This document shows positions 24,602-35,705 of a stretch of 64,000 nt of DNA, in pieces. This DNA comes from Auanema rhodensis (taxonomy: Eukaryota > Animalia > Nematoda): NCBI GenBank assembly GCA_964057225.1, contig OZ059894.1:15686001-15750000 (forward strand), in the 5' to 3' direction. Each line of letters starts with the position of its first letter. Position 1 is the stretch's first letter. The position numbers and the translations under genes are program-made. Under the pieces are notes generated by a model. It searched no databases. It was not told the origin of the DNA and saw only the letters and a program-made list of their open reading frames with translations.

Positions 24602-26038
24602 GGTAGGGCTCTTTTTCCATATCTATACCCCCCGATTTTAGCCCCGCCCCTTTTGCCGTCGAGCGCATACTTTTACTACCAGCTTACTTCCCTTCCTAAA
24701 ACGGGGGGTTTGGAGGGGTTTCCCCCCCCAATGGGGTTATAATATTTCAACACAGTAACCATGGATTTAGAAAGCGTGTAATACATTGTAAAACCATGAA
24801 TTTAAAAAGCGTGTAATACATTGTAATTAGCTGTAATTACAACAATAAAACTGGAATATATTATGATATTAATAACTGAATCTTAATTTATCATTGCATC
24901 TGCGTTACCGACCGTATTTTCTCAAAATGTTCGCTCTGAAAGAAAGACTCCGTACTGAAGCTGATGCAGTACAATTTTTACAAGAGAAAGGAATAATTCC
25001 TCAAACTAAGGAATGTGATAGATGCGCGAGACAAATGAACATTTCTGTTGTTCGAAATAAGTGGAGATGCACCAGAAAGGACTGTAGAAAAGAAGTTTTA
25101 ATTAAGAAAGGAACATATCTTCAAGGTTATAAAGTTAAAAACTAAATATTAACAGCATTAACATTTTAGGCTCAAAATTGTCGTACACAAAGTTCATTCT
25201 TTTCGTGTATTGTTGGAGTAAAGAATATACCACCATTACGTTTTGCCAAGATGAATTAGATATGAAATCTTGCCAGACCGCTGTTGACTACAACAATTAT
25301 ATGAGGGAAATTTGTGCGTTCAGGATCTTGAAGCATCCCATGAAGATTGGAGGTCCAAATATGACTGTGGAAATTGTTGAAACGTTGGTTTCACGTAGGA
25401 AGTTCAATGTAGGAAGGGTACGACCAGCTCAATGGGTTTTCGGGGGAGTATGTAGGGAAACAGAAGAGTGTTTTTTATATGCTGTTCCTGATAGAACTAC
25501 AGAAACCTTTAACAGCTGCATTACTAACTGTATAGAGCCACAAACTACCATAGTTAGTGATTGTTGGAGAGCATATGGGGGAATTGATGGTCTTATCCAA
25601 CAGTATAGACACTTAACAGTTAACCACAGATACAACTTCACGGATCCAGAGACAGGAGCTAACACTAATATGATTGAAGGACTTTGGAGCTTGGCTAAAG
25701 CGAAATTCAAGCGCATGTATGGGGTACGTCAAACAATGCTAGACGGATACCTATGTGAGTTTATGTGGCGTAGAAGAAATAGGAACAGGGACCTTTTCGA
25801 AACTATATTACAAGATATTGCTGAATTTACTCAAGAAGAAATTTGAAAAATGTTAAATTCTATTAATCAAATCTGTTAATGATTTAATAATAATAACTTT
25901 TGTGTTTATATTTTCGTTTTTTTAGCTCTTATATATTCTATGAACCTCCGTATCTCATATTGTTATCACATTAAACAAAAGTATGCACCAAACGGCAAAA
26001 GGGCGGGGCTAAAATTGGGGGGTATAGATATGGAAAAA
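24602..26038 (+). mobile_element. Second Merlin copy, 3989 bp downstream, with identical junctions
   Basis: Same sequence and same defects; one silent change seen (AGA/CGA near 25421). Confidence 0.9.
24927..25846 (+). CDS. Merlin transposase, duplicate copy (exons 24927-25125, 25170-25846)
   Basis: Translation identical to the first copy. Confidence 0.88.
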
Positions 26039-29000
26039 CCACTCGCTGCTAGTGTTTTACCGATTCCAGAAATCTAATTTATCTATTTTTTTATTTTTTG
26101 GTACTACCGATTTAGAATTCATCATACACCTCGGTGTATGCCACATTCGAAGCAGCGTGGCGCAGTGGAAGCGTGCTGGGCCCATAACCCAAAGGTCGGT
26201 GGATCGAAACCACTCGCTGCTAATTGTTTTACCGATTCCAGGAAATTAGTTAATCAATTTTTTGATTTTTTGGTTCTACCGATTCAGAATTCATCATACA
26301 CCTCGGTGTATGCCACATTCGAAGCAGAGTGGCGCAGAGGAAGCGTGCTGGGCCCATAACAAAGAGGTCGGTGGATCGAAACCACTCGCTGCTATTTTTT
26401 TACCAATTCCAGAAATCTAATTTATCAATTTTTTGATTTTTTGGTTCTACCGATTTAGAATTCATCATACACCTCGGTGTATGCCACATTCGAAGCAGCG
26501 TGGCGCAGTGGAAGCGTGCTGGACCCATAACAAAGAGGTCGGTGGATAGTGTTTTATCGATTAAAGAAAACTATTTAAATCAATTTTTTTTGATTTTTTG
26601 GTTCTACTGGATCAGAATTTATCATACACCTCGTAGTAGACCACATTCGAAGCAGCGTGGCGCAGTGGAAGCGTGCTGGGCCCATAACCCAGAGGTCGGT
26701 GGATCGAAACCACTCGCTGCTAGTGTTTTACCGATTCCAGAAATCTAATTTATCTATTTTTTTATTTTTTGGTACTACCGATTTAGAATTCATCATACAC
26801 CTCGGTGTATGCCACATTCGAAGCAGCGTGGCGCAGTGGAAGCGTGCTGGGCCCATAACCCAGAGGTCGGTGGATCGAAACCACTCGCTGCTAGTGTTTT
26901 ATCGATTAAAGAAAACTATTTAAATCAATTTTTTTTGATTTTTTGGTTCTACTGGATCAGAATTTATCATACACCTCGTAGTAGACCACATTCGAAGCAG
27001 CGTGGCGCAGTGGAAGCGTGCTGGGCCCATAACCCAGAGGTCGGTGGATCGAAACCACTCGCTGCTAGTGTTTTACCGATTCCAGAAATCTAATTTATCT
27101 ATTTTTTTATTTTTTGGTACTACCGATTTAGAATTCATCATACACCTCGGTGTATACCAAGTTCGAAGCAGCGTGGCGCAGTGGAAGCGTGCTGGGCCCA
27201 TAACCCAGAGGTCGGTGGATCGAAACCACTCGCTGCTAGTGTTTTACCGATTCCAGAAATCTAATTTATCTATTTTTTGAGTTTTTGGTACTACCGATTT
27301 AGAATTCATCATACACCTCGGTGTATGCCACATTCGAAGCAGCGTGGCGCAGTGGAAGCGTGCTGGGCCCATAACCCAGAGGTCGGTGGATCGAAACCAC
27401 TCGCTGCTAGTGTTTTATCGATTAAAGAAAACTATTTAAATCAATTTTTTTTGATTTTTTGGTTCTACTGGATCAGAATTTATCATACACCTCGTAGTAG
27501 ACCACATTCGAAGCAACGTGGCGCAGTGGAAGCGTGCTGGGCCCATAACCCAGAGGTCGGTGGATCGAAACCACTCGCTGCTAGTGTTTTACCGATTCCA
27601 GAAATCTAATTTATCTATTTTTTTATTTTTTGGTACTACCGATTTAGAATTCATCATACACCTCGGTGTATGCCACATTCGAAGCAGCGTGGCGCAGTGG
27701 AAGCGTGCTGGGCCCATAACCCAGAGGTCGGTGGATCGAAACCACTCGCTGCTAGTGTTTTACCGATTCCAGAAATCTAATTTATCTATTTTTTTATTTT
27801 TTGGTACTACCGATTTAGAATTCATCATACACCTCGGTGTATGCCACATTCGAAGCAGCGTGGCGCAGTGGAAGCGTGCTGGGCCCATAACCCAGAGGTC
27901 GGTGGATCGAAACCACTCGCTGCTAGTGTTTTATCGATTAAAGAAAACTATTTAAATCAATTTTTTTTGATTTTTTGGTTCTACTGGATCAGAATTTATC
28001 ATACACCTCGTAGTAGACCACATTCGAAGCAACGTGGCGCAGTGGAAGCGTGCTGGGCCCATAACCCAGAGGTCGGTGGATCGAAACCACTCGCTGCTAG
28101 TGTTTTACCGATTCCAGAAATCTAATTTATCTATTTTTTTATTTTTTGGTACTACCGATTTAGAATTCATCATACACCTCGGTGTATGCCACATTCGAAG
28201 CAGCGTGGCGCAGTGGAAGCGTGCTGGGCCCATAACCCAGAGGTCGGTGGATCGAAACCACTCGCTGCTAGTGTTTTACCGATTCCAGAAATCTAATTTA
28301 TCTATTTTTTTATTTTTTGGTACTACCGATTTAGAATTCATCATACACCTCGGTGTATGCCACATTCGAAGCAGCGTGGCGCAGTGGAAGCGTGCTGGGC
28401 CCATAACCCAGAGGTCGGTGGATCGAAACCACTCGCTGCTAGTGTTTTATCGATTAAAGAAAACTATTTAAATCAATTTTTTTTGATTTTTTGGTTCTAC
28501 TGGATCAGAATTTATCATACACCTCGTAGTAGACCACATTCGAAGCAGCGTGGCGCAGTGGAAGCGTGCTGGGCCCATAACCCAGAGGTCGGTGGATCGA
28601 AACCACTCGCTGCTAGTGTTTTATCGATTAAAGAAAACTATTTAAATCAATTTTTTTTGATTTTTTGGTTCTACTGGATCAGAATTTATCATACACCTCG
28701 TAGTAGACCACATTCGAAGCAGCGTGGCGCAGTGGAAGCGTGCTGGGCCCATAACCCAGAGGTCGGTGGATCGAAACCACTCGCTGCTAGTGTTTTACCG
28801 ATTCCAGAAATCTAATTTATCTATTTTTTTATTTTTTGGTACTACCGATTTAGAGTTCATCATACACCTCGGTGTATGCCACATTCGAAGCAGCGTGGCG
28901 CAGTGGAAGCGTGCTGGGCCCATAACCCAGAGGTCGGTGGATCGAAACCACTCGCTGCTAGTGTTTTACCGATTCCAGAAATCTAATTTATCTATTTTTT

Positions 29001-32000
29001 TATTTTTTGGTACTACCGATTTAGAATTCATCATACACCTCGGTGTATGCCACATTCGAAGCAGCGTGGCGCAGTGGAAGCGTGCTGGGCCCATAACCCA
29101 GAGGTCGGTGGATCGAAACCACTCGCTGCTAGTGTTTTACCGATTCCAGAAATCTAATTTATCTATTTTTTTATTTTTTGGTACTACCGATTTAGAATTC
29201 ATCATACACCTCGGTGTATGCCACATTCGAAGCAGCGTGGCGCAGTGGAAGCGTGCTGGGCCCATAACCCAGAGGTCGGTGGATCGAAACCACTCGCTGC
29301 TAGTGTTTTACCGATTCCAGAAATCTAATATATCTATTTTTTTATTTTTTGGTACTACCGATTTAGAATTCATCACACACCTCGGTGTATGCCACATTCG
29401 AAGCAGCGTGGCGCAGTGGAAGCGTGCTGGGCCCATAACCCAGAGGTCGGTGGATCGAAACCACTCGCTGCTAGTGTTTTACCGATTCCAGAAATCTAAT
29501 TTATCTATTTTTTTATTTTTTGGTACTACCGATTTAGAATTCATCATACACCTCGGTGTATGCCACATTCGAAGCAGCGTGGCGCAGTGGAAGCGTGCTG
29601 GGCCCATAACCCAGAGGTCGGTGGATCGAAACCACTCGCTGCTAGTGTTTTACCGATTCCAGAAATCTAATTTATCTATTTTTTTATTTTTTGGTACTAC
29701 CGATTTAGAATTCATCATACACCTCGGTGTATGCCACATTCGAAGCAGCGTGGCGCAGTGGAAGCGTGCTGGGCCCATAACCCAGAGGTCGGTGGATCGA
29801 AACCACTCGCTGCTAGTGTTTTACCGATTCCAGAAATCTAATTTATCTATTTTTTTATTTTTTGGTACTACCGATTTAGAATTCATCATACACCTCGGTG
29901 TATGCCACATTCGAAGCAGCGTGGCGCAGTGGAAGCGTGCTGGGCCCATAACCCAGAGGTCGGTGGATCGAAACCACTCGCTGCTAGTGTTTTACCGATT
30001 CCAGAAATCTAATTTATCTATTTTTTTATTTTTTGGTACTACCGATTTAGAATTCATCATACACCTCGGTGTATGCCACATTCGAAGCAGCGTGGCGCAG
30101 TGGAAGCGTGCTGGGCCCATAACCCAGAGGTCGGTGGATCGAAACCACTCGCTGCTAGTGTTTTACTGATTCCAGAAATCTAATTTATCTATTTTTTTAT
30201 TTTTTGGTACTACCGATTTAGAATTCATCATACACCTCGGTGTATGCCACATTCGAAGCAGCGTGGCGCAGTGGAAGCGTGCTGGGCCCATAACCCAGAG
30301 GTCGGTGGATCGAAACCACTCGCTGCTAGTGTTTTACCGATTCCAGAAATCTAATTTATCTATTTTTTTATTTTTTGGTACTACCGATTTAGAATTCATC
30401 ATACACCTCGGTGTATGCCACATTCGAAGCAGCGTGGCGCAGTGGAAGCGTGCTGGGCCCATAACCCAGAGGTCGGTGGATCGAAACCACTCGCTGCTAG
30501 TGTTTTACCGATTCCAGAAATCTAATTTATCTATTTTTTTATTTTTTGGTACTACCGATTTAGAATTCATCATACACCTCGGTGTATGCCACATTCGAAG
30601 CAGCGTGGCGCAGTGGAAGCGTGCTGGGCCCATAACCCAGAGGTCGGTGGATCGAAACCACTCGCTGCTAGTGTTTTACCGATTCCAGAAATCTAATTTA
30701 TCTATTTTTTTATTTTTTGGTACTACCGATTTAGAATTCATCATACACCTCGGTGTATGCCACATTCGAAGCAGCGTGGCGCAGTGGAAGCGTGCTGGGC
30801 CCATAACCCAGAGGTCGGTGGATCGAAACCACTCGCTGCTAGTGTTTTACCGATTCCAGAAATCTAATTTATCTATTTTTTTATTTTTTGGTACTACCGA
30901 TTTAGAATTCATCATACACCTCGGTGTATGCCACATTCGAAGCAGCGTGGCGCAGTGGAAGCGTGCTGGGCCCATAACCCAGAGGTCGGTGGATCGAAAC
31001 CACTCGCTGCTAGTGTTTTACCGATTCCAGAAATCTAATTTATCTATTTTTTTATTTTTTGGTACTACCGATTTAGAATTCATCATACACCTCGGTGTAT
31101 GCCACATTCGAAGCAGCGTGGCGCAGTGGAAGCGTGCTGGGCCCATAACCCAGAGGTCGGTGGATCGAAACCACTCGCTGCTAGTGTTTTACTGATTCCA
31201 GAAATCTAATTTATCTATTTTTTTATTTTTTGGTACTACCGATTTAGAATTCATCATACACCTCGGTGTATGCCACATTCGAAGCAGCGTGGCGCAGTGG
31301 AAGCGTGCTGGGCCCATAACCCAGAGGTCGGTGGATCGAAACCACTCGCTGCTAGTGTTTTACCGATTCCAGAAATCTAATTTATCTATTTTTTTATTTT
31401 TTGGTACTACCGATTTAGAATTCATCATACACCTCGGTGTATGCCACATTCGAAGCAGCGTGGCGCAGTGGAAGCGTGCTGGGCCCATAACCCAGAGGTC
31501 GGTGGATCGAAACCACTCGCTGCTAGTGTTTTACCGATTCCAGAAATCTAATTTATCTATTTTTTTATTTTTTGGTACTACCGATTTAGAATTCATCATA
31601 CACCTCGGTGTATGCCACATTCGAAGCAGCGTGGCGCAGTGGAAGCGTGCTGGGCCCATAACCCAGAGGTCGGTGGATCGAAACCACTCGCTGCTAGTGT
31701 TTTACCGATTCCAGAAATCTAATTTATCTATTTTTTTATTTTTTGGTACTACCGATTTAGAATTCATCATACACCTCGGTGTATGCCACATTCGAAGCAG
31801 CGTGGCGCAGTGGAAGCGTGCTGGGCCCATAACCCAGAGGTCGGTGGATCGAAACCACTCGCTGCTAGTGTTTTACCGATTCCAGAAATCTAATTTATCT
31901 ATTTTTTTATTTTTTGGTACTACCGATTTAGAATTCATCATACACCTCGGTGTATGCCACATTCGAAGCAGCGTGGCGCAGTGGAAGCGTGCTGGGCCCA

Positions 32001-33424
32001 TAACCCAGAGGTCGGTGGATCGAAACCACTCGCTGCTAGTGTTTTACCGATTCCAGAAATCTAATTTATCTATTTTTTTATTTTTTGGTACTACCGATTT
32101 AGAATTCATCATACACCTCGGTGTATGCCACATTCGAAGCAGCGTGGCGCAGTGGAAGCGTGCTGGGCCCATAACCCAGAGGTCGGTGGATCGAAACCAC
32201 TCGCTGCTAGTGTTTTACCGATTCCAGAAATCTAATTTATCTATTTTTTTATTTTTTGGTACTACCGATTTAGAATTCATCATACACCTCGGTGTATGCC
32301 ACATTCGAAGCAGCGTGGCGCAGTGGAAGCGTGCTGGGCCCATAACCCAGAGGTCGGTGGATCGAAACCACTCGCTGCTAGTGTTTTACCGATTCCAGAA
32401 ATCTAATTTATCTATTTTTTTATTTTTTGGTACTACCGATTTAGAATTCATCATACACCTCGGTGTATGCCACATTCGAAGCAGCGTGGCGCAGTGGAAG
32501 CGTGCTGGGCCCATAACCCAGAGGTCGGTGGATCGAAACCACTCGCTGCTAGTGTTTTACCGATTCCAGAAATCTAATTTATCTATTTTTTTATTTTTTG
32601 GTACTACCGATTTAGAATTCATCATACACCTCGGTGTATGCCACATTCGAAGCAGCGTGGCGCAGTGGAAGCGTGCTGGGCCCATAACCCAGAGGTCGGT
32701 GGATCGAAACCACTCGCTGCTAGTGTTTTACCGATTCCAGAAATCTAATTTATCTATTTTTTTATTTTTTGGTACTACCGATTTAGAATTCATCATACAC
32801 CTCGGTGTATGCCACATTCGAAGCAGCGTGGCGCAGTGGAAGCGTGCTGGGCCCATAACCCAGAGGTCGGTGGATCGAAACCACTCGCTGCTAGTGTTTT
32901 ACCGATTCCAGAAATCTAATTTATCTATTTTTTTATTTTTTGGTACTACCGATTTAGAATTCATCATACACCTCGGTGTATGCCACATTCGAAGCAGCGT
33001 GGCGCAGTGGAAGCGTGCTGGGCCCATAACCCAGAGGTCGGTGGATCGAAACCACTCGCTGCTAGTGTTTTACCGATTCCAGAAATCTAATTTATCTATT
33101 TTTTTATTTTTTGGTACTACCGATTTAGAATTCATCATACACCTCGGTGTATGCCACATTCGAAGCAGCGTGGCGCAGTGGAAGCGTGCTGGGCCCATAA
33201 CCCAGAGGTCGGTGGATCGAAACCACTCGCTGCTAGTGTTTTACCGATTCCAGAAATCTAATTTATCTATTTTTTTATTTTTTGGTACTACCGATTTAGA
33301 ATTCATCATACACCTCGGTGTATGCCACATTCGAAGCAGCGTGGCGCAGTGGAAGCGTGCTGGGCCCATAACCCAGAGGTCGGTGGATCGAAACCACTCG
33401 CTGCTAGTGTTTTACCGATTCCAG

Positions 33425-33768
33425 CGTTCCATTCGGACTCCCCATATATGTAGCTGAAGGGTTAGAGCCAGACGACCAGAGGACCGAGGAATGGCTCCGC
33501 CTTCCCTCGTTCCCTTGGTCGGGAGTTCGCCTCTTAGCAAGCTGATGGACGGCTTGTAGTTTAGTCTTTATACTTATGTTTATCTTATTGTATTGTATCT
33601 TTATCTTTGTATATTATTGTTGTAGTTTCATGCCAATAAATCTTTCTCTATTTTATCTTATGATTGACCTTATGCTCTGTATTCCTACCGCTACACCAAG
33701 GAATACTATTCGCGTCATGGTATAAACTACAATGGTTTATATTATCGACGCAGGAGCATAACGGAACG
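33425..33768 (+). repeat. 5' LTR, CGTTCC...GGAACG
   Basis: Direct repeat of 61727-62070, no difference seen by eye; contains AATAAA. Confidence 0.97.
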
Positions 33769-33781
33769 TGGAGGTTCCACC
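33769..33781 (+). promoter_or_regulatory. Primer binding site, tRNA-Gln type
   Basis: TGGAGGTTCCACC abuts the LTR and is complementary to the ...GGTGGAACCT-CCA 3' end of animal tRNA-Gln; same site at 13809. Confidence 0.8.
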
Positions 33782-34765
33782 TCGAACTCATCTTTTGAAA
33801 AAAAAAAAAAAAAAAAAATTTTTCTTTTTATTGTAAAAGTCCATTTTTGCATTCCAAATTATAAATTCCTCCACTTGAAACAACAAAATGAAGGCGCCAA
33901 TTTGTTTTAAGGTACAGATACAAGGGATCTCGCTTAAATGCGAGATAGGACCAATAAAATTTTTTGCCCGCCGTCCTCAATTTACAAACCGTCTGAATGT
34001 CCACCCTTTTCTTTATCGTATCTTGTACCGCTTCTCATGCCATTTTGAGGACGTTTGGATTGAAATAGAGGACAATTTCGCCAAACGAGAAATTATAATT
34101 GTTCACATTTTTTTTGGGCATGGAGAAGTTTGATTATTGGAACAAAAATTTATAAGACGCGCGCAATCGATTATAGTTTGTATATTTTGTGGTCAGGACT
34201 AGAATTTTGAAAATATTATATTCAGACGTAAAAGATCATTTTACATATTATTTTGCGGGAAACCAAAAACGGTTACATAAATTGAATATAAAAACAGACC
34301 ACACTAGTCCGAAAAAGCCTGGTAAATCTGCAATAAGACTTCTCAGCTCTTATTTGACAGTCAGGTCAAGTTGGCGGAAGCATAACTGCTACGGATTTTA
34401 TCCCCGTAGATTATGTCACCTTCCTCAAATCATTTCGTTGTTTCAACTCATAAGATACCCCTTATCTCCTACAGTAATCCTAAGTAAATGGGAAATGTTT
34501 AAAAATAGACGTATTTTTCTCATTTTCAAAAAGAAATTTGCTTAGGAAAACGCACTTTTGCTTATTTTGATCAAGAAAAAGGACAGCCTTTTCAATAACT
34601 CTCCTCAAACCTCATTAGCATGCACAATGTCGAAAACATTTTGAGCAAAACATGCTATTTAAGGGAAAAGGAATGAGGAAAAGATTGAAAACATAAGTCC
34701 ATTTTCTTGACGAAAACAGAGCAAAGCGCATAAAAATAAAAACACAGAGTACAAGCTTTATTCAG

Positions 34766-35308
34766 TCAAAAACCCCACTTGAAAGCTAGCTGTCTCTCAA
34801 ACTCTGCAGCAAGAGAGATAGGCTCGTAACTGGGGGTGAGGTATTCGGGATACTCTCTCCCCAGTGAGGCCCTCAGCTGCAATCCAAGCGAAGAGCTATC
34901 ATAACATACATAAATTTTAAACAAAATTTTACATAATAATTCATAGAATAAAGGCTGCCTCTCGGTATACCATCTCCAGGGACTTCCTACAAGTCCACAC
35001 GGGAGAGCGGCATAAGAATGCGCGCAGAGGTCACGGAGGCAGAGACGCCCTACGAGCTCAATCTCGGGCTCAATTTCCGCCATAGCGGAAAAATTAACGA
35101 GGCCCCTGCCCAAATAGAACATTTGCAGATCCTCAATAAATTAAAATAGCAAAAGAAAATACTGAAAATTGAAATTGACTAATGCACCAACCATTAACAC
35201 TAGATCAGGATGGGGCCTATAAGCCAATCTCTCTTCAGCATCATAAAAGACAATAACGTCATACAGCTTTTGCATGACAAAGGTCATTCCAGTAGGCTGG
35301 ACGCTCAT
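34766..35308 (-). CDS. Antisense accessory gene of the Gypsy, variant 2, unknown function; intron acceptor appears mutated (TTTTAA)
   Basis: MSVQPTGMTFVMQKLY...PDLVLM | FIEDLQMFYLGRG...EFERQLAFKWGF*; aligns over its full length with the 14796-15341 product. Confidence 0.65.
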
Positions 35309-35705
35309 TTTCAAAAATTCTTAGCTCTCAAAATAATAAAATATAGCTTGGTAAACAAGAGAGAAAAGGGGGATAAAAACATGATTGAAAGCTACTCGTA
35401 AAGAGAGAGATTAAAGCAAGTACAAGCGGAAAGTGCAACAGCGGATAAAAATAGTTTTTGAGAAGAGATAAACATCATTAACTATATTAAGCTTACGGTA
35501 GATAGGCGGAGTCAGATTGTTGGCCACGATTTGAAAAACTCCCTCTCATTTACCCTCCGCATCGCCCAGCGAAGCACGACTATCCTATTGCTCCCGAATC
35601 TCTCTCTCTCCCAACACACATCTAAAAGAATCTTACGCACCTTACATCAACATCCCACACGTAGCTCACCATTCTCGGTTTTTCCAAACCAAAAGTCCTA
35701 CAAAG

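Larger units (their letters stand above)
17027..33424 (+). repeat. tRNA-iMet tandem array, block 2: about 80 genes, 171-bp units with a 174-bp spacer variant, interrupted by two Merlin copies
   Basis: Direct repeats of the 72-nt tRNA plus a 99/102-nt spacer; nearly homogeneous from about 28.7 kb onward. Count estimated from length. Confidence 0.97.

Noticed and set aside
11278-33424. CRISPR-like repeat/spacer appearance
   Set aside because: The repeat is a full 72-nt tRNA, the spacers are near-identical rather than unique, there are no cas genes, and the context is eukaryotic.
11432-33457. Long repetitive ORFs (MAQWKRAGPITQRS..., up to 722 aa)
   Set aside because: Artefact of a 171-bp (57-codon) unit with one stop-free frame. 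They start at a GTG inside the tRNA and are broken at random by spacer variants.
33888-34545. Sense ORFs in the Gypsy leader
   Set aside because: They are disrupted by indels or stops in the second copy and have no motifs.
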